Assembly: GCA_038139415.1 (NCBI GenBank)
Contig: JAYOSV010000002.1
Location: 1 to 42,161 of the forward strand
Direction: 5' to 3'
Source of the DNA: Verrucomicrobiales bacterium
GTDB taxonomy: Bacteria; Verrucomicrobiota; Verrucomicrobiia; Limisphaerales; UBA1100
DNA length: 42,161 bases
This document shows positions 17,863-27,615 of the stretch, in pieces. The position numbers and the translations under genes were made by a program. The notes beneath the pieces are model-generated. The model had not been told where the DNA came from and ran no database searches. It saw only the letters and a list, made by a program, of their open reading frames with translations. Each line of letters begins with the position of its first letter. Positions within the stretch are counted from its first letter, which is position 1.

Positions 17863-18590
17863 TTACTCCTCCTCGCTCGCCCACATAATAATCTCCAAAA
17901 TAATCTCTAAAATATTTAAAATAGAATTTATAAAATTTATATATATCTGTATTGATAAATCCATTGCAACTTTCCAGTTGTTGGCGTCGGTTGCTTCGTT
18001 CATTGTGGCTAAGCGGTTGAAATCGTAGAGGAAGAACCCTATAAAAATCAAAGCGCCAAATATGGCGGGCTTTCTGGCTTGGTGAAGGCCAAGAATAAGG
18101 CGGATTGTATATCCAGAAAATAGAAACATTAACGCCACAAAAAAATCGAACCTAATGGTAATAGGTTTACTCCGGGGTAGGTTCCTATCAGTCCTGTTAT
18201 AAGTGTAATTATTACGGTTATTCCGAGCGCCTTGCTTCCATGGTTTTCGTTTCTTAGCAGCAAATATATCCCCAGTAAGGTTCCTGTGAGCACAGACCAA
18301 ATGCTGAACCAAATGAAGCTTATTGAAATATCTTGGTCTTTCCCCCAGTAGATTAATCCGAGGCCGATGAAGAATTGTATAAAAAATATAAATATGGAAG
18401 GGGTCGCTATGTCTTCCCACGGGATATGGATGTCAATTTCCCCTGTTTCCAACTCGGTGGCTGTAAACTCGAATTTTTTTGCATAATAAAGTCCTCGAGC
18501 TACTACAATTAGCACTAATGTGGTGAGCCATGTAATTAATATTTGTGACCCAAGAATCGCAAATGTTTTGGCATATAGTGATTCAAACAT
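17863..18590 (-). pseudogene. Bax inhibitor-1/YccA family membrane protein, split by a 1-nt frameshift
   Basis: ORF 18129..18590 supplies the N-terminal TMs. The other frame supplies FVALM...LYDFNRL...IYINFIN. The frames join at the T7 run (plus-strand A7, 18139-18145); one extra T gives a 242-aa protein. Confidence 0.75.
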
Positions 18591-18663
18591 TATTTGGTTT
18601 ATAAAAGGCGGTGCGAGGAATTATTTTTAGTTAACGCCTGATTTAAAATAATGTCCATTGTTA

Positions 18664-19785
18664 TCACGATTGTCTAAGAATTTCTGCTAACTCAACATCT
18701 GATAATTCAACTGGGTTGGCCTTCATGCTACTTGCTTCATTGGCTTTTAAGATAATTTCGGGAAAGTCTTCTTCCGTGATTCCATAAGTGGAAATGCAAG
18801 GAATGTTCAGGTTGCGTCTCAAATTGCTCAACCAAATGGCTCCAGATTCACCGGACGAGCCAGCGCCCAGCATTTTGGACACTTCCGCAAAACGGTCGGG
18901 TTTATGTTTCGCATTGGCGGCAAAGACTTGCGGCAGCAGGGCAGCGCAGACGGCGCCATGAGGGGCGAGAAACATGCCTCCGATGGGCGCGGCAAATCCG
19001 TGCACGGCACCCAGGCCGGCATTAGCCAGAGCCAGACCGCCGCACAGGCTGGCGTAGGCCATGTCCGTACGGGCTGCCGGATCGCCGGCAAACGTCCGCG
19101 GCAAGGCGCGCGCGGCACGCGGAATGGCTTCGCGGCACAGGGCATCGGTGAGTGGGTTGGCCCGGCGGCAAGTGAAAGGTTCGATCAATTGCGTCAACGC
19201 ATCCATGCCAGTGGCGGCGGTGATGGCTGGTGGTAGGTCATGGGTCAGCGCGGGGTCAACAATCGCCACGGCGGGTAACATGCGCGGATGACGCAGGCTC
19301 ACTTTTACGCGTTGATCGCGGCAAGTGATCACGGCATTGCGCGTGACCTCCGCGCCCGTGCCGGCGGTGGTCGGGATGGCGATAAACGGCAAGGGCGTCT
19401 CGGTGAGCGGTTGGCCGCGGCCGATGACTTCCAAGTAATCCAGCGGTTCCCCGGGGTTGGTGGTTAAGGCGGCGATAGCTTTGCCGGCATCAATGGCGCT
19501 GCCGCCTCCGATGGCGACCACCACCTCACGCCCGGCGGCGGCCCGTACGCCTTCGGTAATGTCGGAGAGAGTCGGCTCCCCAGGGATGCAGTGCACTGCA
19601 CAGTCGGACGCCCTCAGTAAATCAAGTAAAGGCGCGGCACGCTTGGGATGGCGGCCAGTGACGACGAGAACCTTTTGGCCGAATCCCTTAATGGTTTCCG
19701 GCGCTTCAGCGAGTTTGCCTTCGCCGAAAATAATGCGGGTGGCCGTGGCGAATTCGAACGCGGGGTTGGCCGAGTTACCACTCAC
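18664..19785 (-). CDS. Iron-containing alcohol dehydrogenase
   Basis: [37 protein letters not shown]. Confidence 0.95.
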   Translation of the reverse strand: MSGNSANPAFEFATATRIIFGEGKLAEAPETIKGFGQKVLVVTGRHPKRAAPLLDLLRASDCAVHCIPGEPTLSDITEGVRAAAGREVVVAIGGGSAIDAGKAIAALTTNPGEPLDYLEVIGRGQPLTETPLPFIAIPTTAGTGAEVTRNAVITCRDQRVKVSLRHPRMLPAVAIVDPALTHDLPPAITAATGMDALTQLIEPFTCRRANPLTDALCREAIPRAARALPRTFAGDPAARTDMAYASLCGGLALANAGLGAVHGFAAPIGGMFLAPHGAVCAALLPQVFAANAKHKPDRFAEVSKMLGAGSSGESGAIWLSNLRRNLNIPCISTYGITEEDFPEIILKANEASSMKANPVELSDVELAEILRQS

Positions 19786-20080
19786 TGTCAGCAGGGAAAT
19801 GGTTGGTGAGCTTCACGGCGTGGCGGGGCTTTGCCATCATGTCGGCCACAGTATCGCGCCAAGCTGCGTAATGAGCTGTCTCTTTGTGCGCTGCGGGCGC
19901 GGCGTTGTCCCGGTACACTTCATTCAGGATAAACCGGGTAGGATCCTCATTATCCTGCAGCACGTCAAAGCGCGCGATACCCGCTTCCTGGATACTGTTG
20001 CGGGCATTTTCCAGTGACGCCTCACGAAAGGCCTCAACATAATCGGGTTTCACATGAACATGAACGAGCACAATCAACAT
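19775..20080 (-). CDS. ABM-family protein (LsrG-like / putative monooxygenase)
   Basis: [26 protein letters not shown]. Confidence 0.9.
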   Translation of the reverse strand: MLIVLVHVHVKPDYVEAFREASLENARNSIQEAGIARFDVLQDNEDPTRFILNEVYRDNAAPAAHKETAHYAAWRDTVADMMAKPRHAVKLTNHFPADSEW

Positions 20081-20177
20081 AACCGGACGATACGCGCGCG
20101 AGCCGTGCCGGCCAATAAAATGTGTGGGCCCATTGCGCGGCCGGGAATGTGTGCTAGTTTGGGGGAGTGAAAAACTG

Positions 20178-21701
20178 ATGAAGTCTCATCTTCCCTTTCT
20201 TCTCATTCCGATCCTCTTGATGACGTTGTTTTGGTCCACAGATAAGGATTCAACGGAAATATTGGTGGTGTTGAAGAAGCCGATGCAACTACGAGACGAT
20301 CCAGAGGATCCGGTGGTGGTGGCACGAGCGCCAGCGCAATTGCCGCCTAGGGCCGTGAAGCAAATGACCCAAGCCAAGCCAGGTCAGCGTTTTGTAGTTT
20401 CCTTAGGCAATGGAGAATCGGCGACGGTGAGTTTTACGTCATCTCAAAGAACGGTGACTGGCGGCAAAGTCCTCCGTGGGGGGTTTCCCAGGCAAGCCGG
20501 CGGGAGCACTCTATGGGTGCAGGAAGGCGGGCGCTGGGCGGGGACAATGAATTTTCCGGATGGCCGACGCTTCACGTTAATGCCTCGATCTCAGGGTGGG
20601 TACGAATTAGAGCGCGTGGATTTATCACGATCGCCGACCTGTGCTTCAGGGCAGCTGGTGTATCCCTCGGAAGAGGAATTGGCGACGCGGGTGCGTCCCT
20701 TGCCCGAAGGGCTGGGGCAATGGAGTCCGCGGGAGCCCTTGCGCCGGTTAAACCCCGAGCATCGACCTCGTGATGAAAATTATCAGCGCATCAATCTTCG
20801 GACATTTCCGCGTGGCTACACGAATAGAGGCCGGCAGTCACAGGTGAGTTTGGTTCCTTTTTCCAACCGGAAGAATAAGAACAAGAGGCCGGTTGGCGAG
20901 GGGGGAAGTGTAACCATTACTTCCACGCAAACTTCAGGTGGTGGCGATGAGGATACGATGGCTTCCGGTAAACCGAGTGTGCAGGCGCGTCAGCCGTTGA
21001 AGATAAATATGCGCGGCGGCACGCAGGTGGATTTATTGGTGCTCTACTGTCGATCGGTAGCCTCGGTGTACGGTGGGGATAATGGGTTGAAGGCGGCGGC
21101 GCAATTGGCGGTGCAGAATGCCAATGAAGCATTTTCCGAAAGTGGAGCCAACGTATCCCTGCGAATGGTACATTTGGCACCGGTGAATTACACCAACGCT
21201 GGTTCGATTAGTCAGGATTTACGCAACCTTACTTTCAAAGACAAGGTGTTGGCGGATGAAATGAACCGTTTGCGAGATGAACATCGGGCGGACTTGGTGA
21301 CGCTGATCTCTGACCGGCCGGCTGGCGGGGTGGGGTGGTTGATGATTCGCGCTAAGGGTATGGCGAAGATGGGCGTGAATGTGCTGGGACGCAGCTCGTT
21401 ACGGGGCTATGTGCTGGCGCATGAGGTGGGGCATAATATGGGCTGCCAGCATGCTGAAGGCGATTCCGGCACATCCGCGGACGGCCTCTACGCATGGGGG
21501 TATGGGCATCGCTTTCAAGTGGTGGAAGATAACGGCGGGTCACGCCAATGCCGGACGGTGATGGCGTATACGCCGGGCCGACGTATTGGGCGATTTTCCA
21601 ATCCCAACAAACTTTATCGTGGTGTCGCCACGGGATCGGAGTCTGCTAATAATGTGAAAGTGTTGAATGCTGGGGTGGAAGTCGTGTCTGGCTATCGCTA
21701 G
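20178..21701 (+). CDS. Reprolysin-like (M12B) zinc metalloprotease 1
   Basis: [11 protein letters not shown], Met-turn RTVMAY, FSNP. Start likely ATG 20178 (MKSHLPFLL signal/anchor). Confidence 0.85.
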   Translation: MKSHLPFLLIPILLMTLFWSTDKDSTEILVVLKKPMQLRDDPEDPVVVARAPAQLPPRAVKQMTQAKPGQRFVVSLGNGESATVSFTSSQRTVTGGKVLRGGFPRQAGGSTLWVQEGGRWAGTMNFPDGRRFTLMPRSQGGYELERVDLSRSPTCASGQLVYPSEEELATRVRPLPEGLGQWSPREPLRRLNPEHRPRDENYQRINLRTFPRGYTNRGRQSQVSLVPFSNRKNKNKRPVGEGGSVTITSTQTSGGGDEDTMASGKPSVQARQPLKINMRGGTQVDLLVLYCRSVASVYGGDNGLKAAAQLAVQNANEAFSESGANVSLRMVHLAPVNYTNAGSISQDLRNLTFKDKVLADEMNRLRDEHRADLVTLISDRPAGGVGWLMIRAKGMAKMGVNVLGRSSLRGYVLAHEVGHNMGCQHAEGDSGTSADGLYAWGYGHRFQVVEDNGGSRQCRTVMAYTPGRRIGRFSNPNKLYRGVATGSESANNVKVLNAGVEVVSGYR

Positions 21702-21751
21702 TTTTCTTTGCTGGTTTTCGGGGTGGATCATGGTAGTTTGAGGGACACGTT

Positions 21752-23242
21752 TTGAGAAACTCGCGCACACCATTCTTGGTTTTGTTGGGGCTGTTATTGG
21801 CCGCCGGGTGGGCGTGGTGGTTGCCAAAATCAGTGCCGCCTTTGGTGGCGGAGGTGTTGCCGGTGCGAGCCAAGGAGCAACTGCCTGAGGCTTCCATGGC
21901 CAAACGCTACCGGCATGTGCGGTTAAACCCGGACACGGTGACGGCTGTTCAGACGGGGGATCGATTGATCACGCTGGAGTTGTTCCCGGGCGAATCAATC
22001 AAGGTACGTTTGGAGAAAGCGACGTCAACTGACCCGATGAGCACGGAGGTGCATGGGGAGGTGGTGGGGATGCCTGGGGCGGCCGTGAGTCTGATTACTT
22101 ACAAAGGGGTCTTAGCCGGCAGTATTGAGTATCCCGACGGGCGGCATTTCCTCATCAACTACGCAGACGAAGAGGCGCACTCGATTGTGGAGATTAATCC
22201 AGTGGCTGTGCACGCGCCGCAGCGCGGGGTGCCGCTGGGGGCCCATCCGGAAACCTTGAGCCTGTTTCAGCCGCGCGAAGGAGGAGTGGTTTCCATGCCG
22301 CAGTTTCGGTATCGGCCGGGCGTGGTGTATCGAGTGCCGGGGTTCCCGCAGTTTACCCACGTACTAACGCTGACCAACACGCTCTCCACCAATTTATGGC
22401 CTGTGCCGCTGGCGCCGGTGATGGGCCCGCCGATAGTCGGGGTGTTGGCGTGTTACACGGGGTTGGCTGAGAAACAATGCGGGGGCAAGCGCGGGGTGGA
22501 AACCCGTGTGCGCATTTCCGTGGCGCAAGTGAACAACGCCTTTCGTCGGAGCGCGGTGACGGCTCGACTGGTGTTGCTTGGAACAGAGAAGGTCAGTCAT
22601 GTGACATCTGGGAACAGTACTACGGACCTGGTGAACATGACGTTTGCAGCGACGCCGGGATTGATGAAAATTCACGAACAGCGGCAGCGCCATCGTGCTG
22701 ATTTGGTGACACTTTTCACTGGCGCAAGCCCTCAAAATATTATGCATGGCAGTAGTTGGATGCTCAACAGCACGAACGGCGCGCCGGCTTATGGGTTTAA
22801 TGTGGTGGAGGCGATCTACGCGCCGACGTCGGTGTTCGTGCATGAGATTGGCCATAATCTAGGGTGTTCACATGCGACGAACGATGTGGGCGGGTTTATG
22901 CACGGCGCGTTTACCAATTCACATGGATGGAAATTCGGCATCACTACAAACGGAAACACTTATCCGATGCGCACATTGATGTCTTATGGAATGGGGCGAC
23001 GGCTGGGCTATTTTTCCAATCCAAATGTCAGTATCTGGGGTGTGCCCACCGGGGATACGAATTTTGCGAATAACGCTTTCACCATCCAGCAAATGTCGCC
23101 GGTGGTGGGTTCATACTTCACTGAAATCATTCACCACACGCAGTTGGTTCCGAATGCCCAGCCGATTTCAATTCTACCTGGCACCACCAATCGCCCCGGC
23201 GTTCGGCAGCCGCGAAGGATTTTTTGGGGCACCGGGGAGTAG
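21752..23242 (+). CDS. Reprolysin-like (M12B) zinc metalloprotease 2
   Basis: HEIGHNLGCSH, RTLMSY, FSNP; TTG start; N-terminal hydrophobic anchor. Confidence 0.85.
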   Translation: MRNSRTPFLVLLGLLLAAGWAWWLPKSVPPLVAEVLPVRAKEQLPEASMAKRYRHVRLNPDTVTAVQTGDRLITLELFPGESIKVRLEKATSTDPMSTEVHGEVVGMPGAAVSLITYKGVLAGSIEYPDGRHFLINYADEEAHSIVEINPVAVHAPQRGVPLGAHPETLSLFQPREGGVVSMPQFRYRPGVVYRVPGFPQFTHVLTLTNTLSTNLWPVPLAPVMGPPIVGVLACYTGLAEKQCGGKRGVETRVRISVAQVNNAFRRSAVTARLVLLGTEKVSHVTSGNSTTDLVNMTFAATPGLMKIHEQRQRHRADLVTLFTGASPQNIMHGSSWMLNSTNGAPAYGFNVVEAIYAPTSVFVHEIGHNLGCSHATNDVGGFMHGAFTNSHGWKFGITTNGNTYPMRTLMSYGMGRRLGYFSNPNVSIWGVPTGDTNFANNAFTIQQMSPVVGSYFTEIIHHTQLVPNAQPISILPGTTNRPGVRQPRRIFWGTGE

Positions 23243-24517
23243 CTACCGGCGCTTGCCGATGCACCACAAATGCTGGTGGGTGCGCAGAAACAGCTGGCCG
23301 TCTGAGGCGGCGAGGGAGCTGTTGGTGAGGATGCCGTCTAAGGCGTTGATGCCGAGCAGTTCAAACTTCGGGTTGGCGCGCAGGACAATAGTTTCGCCGG
23401 ATTGGTTCGGGATGTAAATTCGGTCTCCGGCGAGAATCATCGAGCTCCAGGATTCCTGTTTGGGGCCGCGGCCACGCACGCGTTCGGAAAACTGCACTTC
23501 ACCGGTTTTCAGGTTCAGACATTCCATGATACCATTGGTGTTCAGTACGTAAATGTGGCCCTGATAAATCACGCCGCTGCCCAGGCGGTTAGGCGTGCGC
23601 TCGGTGCGCCATAAGGTTTGTGGGGTCACATCGCCCCGGCCTCCAGCGGTCACGGCGACGGAGGTGCCGAAGTAACCGCCCATACCGACGACTACGTTTT
23701 CCCCCGCGATGGGGGAGGAATAGATAAGCGGGTTGAGGCCGCGGCATTGCCACAGGCGTTTGCCGGTGCGAGGATCAATGCCGGCGAGGCTGCCGGGGTA
23801 ATTCATCACCAGTTCCGGCCCGTTTTTGGTGGGCACCAGAATGGGCGTACTGAAGCTACAGATCCATTTGGAATCTTTGTTGCCGCGGAAACCATCGGTG
23901 CGTCCCTCAATGCTGACAGCGGGGTCGTTGAGCTGCCACACGGTTTTGCCGGTACGCTTGTCGAGGGCGATAAGGTGGGCCTTGGGATCGGGGCCACGGT
24001 AAATGTAAACCAGATTGCCATGAATAACCGGCGAGGCGGCGGAACCCCACGTGAACTGAATCTTGCCCAGATCCCGTTGCCATAGAAGTTTTCCGGAAAG
24101 ATCATAACACACGGCCCCGGCGGAACCGTACACGGCCACCACGCGTTCGCCATCGGTGGCGGGGGATTCGCTACAGTATGGGTTGGTGCGATGGGAGTTT
24201 TCGGGGTCCGAATATTTCACGGTGCGTCGCCAAAGCTCTTTGCCGTCGAGGCGATCGAGGCAGATGAGGGCGCGCTCCTGTTCCTCTTCCAGCGGTTGTG
24301 TGAGGAAAATCTTTTCACCCCACACGATCGGCGTGCTGTTGCCGCGGTATGGGAGTTCGACCTTCCATGTGATGTTCTCCGTGGCACTCCACTTGAGTGG
24401 TAGGTGTTTCTCAGTTGTGATGCCCACGCCCGTTGTCCCGCGCCACATGGGCCAGTTGTCGGCGTAAAGGTTGAGGGACAGAAGAGCGAGCGCGCAGAGC
24501 TTGAGGAGGGCTTTCAT
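23243..24517 (-). CDS. PQQ-binding-like beta-propeller protein (PVC-expanded family)
   Basis: ADNWPMWRG, LPLKWS, STPIV, repeated GKxLW motifs, C-terminal LFLRT..LWCIG. Start reassigned to MKALLK. Confidence 0.9.
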   Translation of the reverse strand: MKALLKLCALALLSLNLYADNWPMWRGTTGVGITTEKHLPLKWSATENITWKVELPYRGNSTPIVWGEKIFLTQPLEEEQERALICLDRLDGKELWRRTVKYSDPENSHRTNPYCSESPATDGERVVAVYGSAGAVCYDLSGKLLWQRDLGKIQFTWGSAASPVIHGNLVYIYRGPDPKAHLIALDKRTGKTVWQLNDPAVSIEGRTDGFRGNKDSKWICSFSTPILVPTKNGPELVMNYPGSLAGIDPRTGKRLWQCRGLNPLIYSSPIAGENVVVGMGGYFGTSVAVTAGGRGDVTPQTLWRTERTPNRLGSGVIYQGHIYVLNTNGIMECLNLKTGEVQFSERVRGRGPKQESWSSMILAGDRIYIPNQSGETIVLRANPKFELLGINALDGILTNSSLAASDGQLFLRTHQHLWCIGKRR

Positions 24518-24577
24518 GGCTATTGGGTGGACGAGTTGTTCTTGACGGAAATTCAAGGGTTCTATCAAGTTTAAAAC

Positions 24578-25192
24578 GTGAGTCAGGACACGGATACAAC
24601 TCGGATTGTGGATGCGGTGGAGGATGCCGAATCTAAAACCAGTGCAGAATTTGTGGTGGCGATCGAGCCGAGCTCGGGATCCTATCGGGATGTTGATTTG
24701 CTTTTTGCCATTGGCCTAAGTTTTGTCGCCTTACTGTTTGCCTTTTTTGGTCCCGTGCTAGTGGCACCGGATTGGTTGCCGCTCAACCTCAGCATTCTGT
24801 TTGCGGTGAGTTGGGTATTCAGCGCCCACACACCGTATCTGCGGCGAATTTGTTGCCCCTCGATCCGGATGGGGCAGCAGGTGAGGGAAAAGGGGCAACA
24901 ACATTTTTTGAATCAAGGCGTGGGACAGACGCGCGGGCGGACGGGTATTCTCGTTCTGATCTCTCAATTGGAACGCCGGGTGGAAGTGGTGGCAGACAGC
25001 GGGGTGATACGCGCCGTGGACGCTGATCGCTGGCAGGCGTTGCTTGAAAATATTCAAGCGGGGTATGAGGGACAGGATCTGGTTGGCACCGGGGTGCAGG
25101 CGGTCAATCAGTTGGGGAATTTTCTGGCTGAACCCCTGCCGGTATCGGAAGACGATATCGATGAACTTTCTAACATGCCCACTCTTCATTAG
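24578..25192 (+). CDS. TPM-domain membrane protein (COG3762-like)
   Basis: AESKTSAEFVV, two TMs, TRGRTGILVLISQLERRVEVVADSG, DELSN. Confidence 0.85.
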   Translation: MSQDTDTTRIVDAVEDAESKTSAEFVVAIEPSSGSYRDVDLLFAIGLSFVALLFAFFGPVLVAPDWLPLNLSILFAVSWVFSAHTPYLRRICCPSIRMGQQVREKGQQHFLNQGVGQTRGRTGILVLISQLERRVEVVADSGVIRAVDADRWQALLENIQAGYEGQDLVGTGVQAVNQLGNFLAEPLPVSEDDIDELSNMPTLH

Positions 25193-25194
25193 TC

Positions 25195-26667
25195 GTGGTT
25201 ATCCCTAGCAAACTGAGTCGCTGGTTGGTCCGGTTGATCCCGATACTAGTGTTGATCGGCACTGCCAGCGAGCTGTCGGCGCGTTTGGGCGGCGGTGGTG
25301 GTTATAGTGGCGGAGGAGGAGGAAGCAGTAGTAGCGGTGGTGGTGGAGGCGGAGGGGATGCTGAAGCGATTATCTGGCTGATCGAAATGTGGGCTCGTTT
25401 TTGTATCCGCTATCCATATATCGGATTGCCGCTCACTGGTTTTGGGATCTACGGGTGGTGGAGGATTAAAGACAATGAAGTGGAGTCGGTGGTGGTGGCC
25501 CCTGCGCGGGTTCAGTGGAATGAGCTACGGAAACATGATGAGAATTTTTCAGAAGTGTTGTTCCGGGATTTCGGCTATTCTTTGTTTGCTAAAATCCATG
25601 AAGCACGTGGTTCAGGGAAACTGAGTCGATATCGGAATTACCTGCAGGATCGTGCTCTAACGCGCATGGAAAATTTGAGCCAAGGGATTCAGGATGTGCA
25701 GGGGGTTGTTGTTGGGGGGATGCAGGTGGATCGCTTGAAGGTTCCTGCAGGCCCCAATGAATACGCAACCGTCAGGCTCCGGTATGATGCAAACTATACG
25801 GAGATTACTCAGCGAGGGGCGCGCTCAGTTTATATCCGGCAGGTATGGCATTTGAGTCGTCGGGCCGGGGCGCTGAGTCCGTCTCCGGAAATTGTTAGTG
25901 CCTTGGGGTGTGTGGGGTGTGGTAGTGCGGTGGAGCCGGCTCCGGAAGGGACGTGCCCGCACTGTGGGAACCAATATGAACGGGGAGAGCATCATTGGGT
26001 TGTTACTGGGATTCACGATATTTACTCCCGGGAAGTGGGGCCGCCCCTCACGTCCAAGGCCGATGATGTGGGCTATGATTTAGCGACGGTGATGGACCCG
26101 GATTTGGATGCCTCTTTGGCGGTCTTTATGCAGGCGCATCCGAATGTGGATCTTACCAAAATCAATGATCGCCTAAGTCACATTTACTTCACCTTGCAAA
26201 AGGCATGGAGTAGTCAGGATTTGGATGCCTTGCGGCCCTTTGAGACCGACTGCTTATTTCAAAATCATAAGTACTGGATCGAGGAATACCGGCGACAAGG
26301 TTTGCAGAACATTTTGGAAGAGGTGAAGTTGAATGAGGTGGAGTTGGTCAAGCTGAGGTCCGATAAATTTTATGATGCGATTACCTATCGCCTGAGGGCC
26401 TCCATGGTTGATTACACGGTGAATGCCGGTGGGGACGTGATGTGTGGGAGTAAGCGGAAGGGTACCACCTTTAGCGAATACTGGACTCTGGTGCGAGGTC
26501 GGGAATGCGGTGATCACGATAAGGGCGATGGCGCCTGCCCGAATTGTGGTGCCGAATTGAAGATCAGTATGGCGGGTGAGTGTGAATACTGTGGAAGCAA
26601 GCTGACCAGCGGGCAATTCGACTGGGTGTTGAGTGAAATTCAGCAAGATGAAGAATACTACGGATAA
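25195..26667 (+). CDS. Gly-rich membrane protein with two Tim44-like domains, each followed by a Zn ribbon
   Basis: Signal peptide, ARLGGGGG.., TM. Repeat 1 ends CVGCG..CPHCG..HWV; repeat 2 has FSEYWTLVR and CPNCGA..CEYCG..DWV. Confidence 0.8.
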   Translation: MVIPSKLSRWLVRLIPILVLIGTASELSARLGGGGGYSGGGGGSSSSGGGGGGGDAEAIIWLIEMWARFCIRYPYIGLPLTGFGIYGWWRIKDNEVESVVVAPARVQWNELRKHDENFSEVLFRDFGYSLFAKIHEARGSGKLSRYRNYLQDRALTRMENLSQGIQDVQGVVVGGMQVDRLKVPAGPNEYATVRLRYDANYTEITQRGARSVYIRQVWHLSRRAGALSPSPEIVSALGCVGCGSAVEPAPEGTCPHCGNQYERGEHHWVVTGIHDIYSREVGPPLTSKADDVGYDLATVMDPDLDASLAVFMQAHPNVDLTKINDRLSHIYFTLQKAWSSQDLDALRPFETDCLFQNHKYWIEEYRRQGLQNILEEVKLNEVELVKLRSDKFYDAITYRLRASMVDYTVNAGGDVMCGSKRKGTTFSEYWTLVRGRECGDHDKGDGACPNCGAELKISMAGECEYCGSKLTSGQFDWVLSEIQQDEEYYG

Positions 26668-27062
26668 TGATGACAGATCTCGATCAAGCGGTTCAATCAC
26701 TCGGCCTTTCAAAATATCAACGACACATCTTTCTGTGTGCGGACCAGACTGAGGCGAAGTGCTGTGACACAGCAGCGGGGTTGGCGGCGTGGGATTATCT
26801 AAAGAACCGTTTGAAGGAGTTGCAGCTCGTGGGCTCGGAACCACAGGTGTGTCGCACCAAGGCGAACTGTCTGCGCGTGTGTCTGCGAGGGCCGGTGGCG
26901 GTGGTGTACCCGGAAGGTACCTGGTATCACTCATGCACGCCGGAGGTACTGGAACGGATCATTCAGGAACATCTGATCAGTGGGCGCGTGGTGGAGGAGT
27001 ACGCGTTTGCGAGTGCAGAAGGAATCGTCGCACGCGGAGACGCGGAGGCGCAGAGAGAATAA
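26667..27062 (+). CDS. Thioredoxin-like (2Fe-2S) ferredoxin
   Basis: [38 protein letters not shown]. Confidence 0.9.
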   Translation: MMTDLDQAVQSLGLSKYQRHIFLCADQTEAKCCDTAAGLAAWDYLKNRLKELQLVGSEPQVCRTKANCLRVCLRGPVAVVYPEGTWYHSCTPEVLERIIQEHLISGRVVEEYAFASAEGIVARGDAEAQRE

Positions 27063-27086
27063 GGGTTCTTCGCGGCTCTGTATGCG
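27029..27086. repeat. REP-like imperfect inverted repeat (cacgcggagacgcggaggcgcagag type)
   Basis: cgcacgcggagacgcggag ... ttcttcgcggctctgtatgcg. A partial copy cacgcagagccgcgg lies at about 31689-31703. Confidence 0.45.
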
Positions 27087-27093
27087 AATTAAT

Positions 27094-27615
27094 TTAGCCT
27101 TTGATACAGCTTTCCACGTAGTCGACGATGAGTTGGTCTTCGTCGGCGGCGGTGAGGGTGACGCGCAGGAGCTCGGCTGGGTCGATGTTCTTCTCACGGA
27201 AGAACTGGCGGTCTCCGCCTCAGCCGTACATCAGGTCGGCGGGTAGGGCGCCCTCGAGCTTGGCTCGGGCCTTGACGATCAGGCGAGGGAGCCAGGCGAT
27301 GCCGGCGATCTCGTCGGTCTTGGCGGGGAACTCACTCATCTCCATCCGACGCGCAGCCGGTTGGCTGTTTAGGTCGTTGGTAAAATAATCGAGCCGCACG
27401 GCTTGTACTTCCTCAACGTGTTCGTAAACGACATCGCCCCAGCGGATGTAGTCATCACAGAAATCAAACATCTCCTGTGTGCTGCAGCCAATAGATTCGA
27501 GGAAGGCCGGTTCATCGCCCTCGAACATAGTCTCGGGGCTTTGGCGGCCTTCCTGATGACGTTCGACGCCTCGGTAGAAGAGGGCGTGAAATTGGCGTTT
27601 CCAATCGTCGCTCAT
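27094..27615 (-). CDS. DUF5069-like protein with an in-frame UGA; candidate selenoprotein (173 aa)
   Basis: WLPRLIVKARAKLEGALPADLMYG-TGA-GGDRQFFREKNIDPAELLRVTLTAADEDQLIVDYVESCIKG*. The frame continues 41 codons past the UGA (27220-27222) to TAA at 27094. Confidence 0.7.
27187..27219 (-). promoter_or_regulatory. Candidate bacterial SECIS element
   Basis: Directly after the UGA: GGCGG-AGA-CCGCC, then GUUCUUC-CGUGA-GAAGAAC (perfect 7-bp stem; G at loop position 2; loop starts 22 nt after the UGA). Confidence 0.5.

Noticed and set aside
26931..27197. 88-aa minus-strand ORF downstream of the DUF5069 UGA
   Set aside because: Different frame from the read-through product, low-complexity translation, and overlaps the ferredoxin gene.
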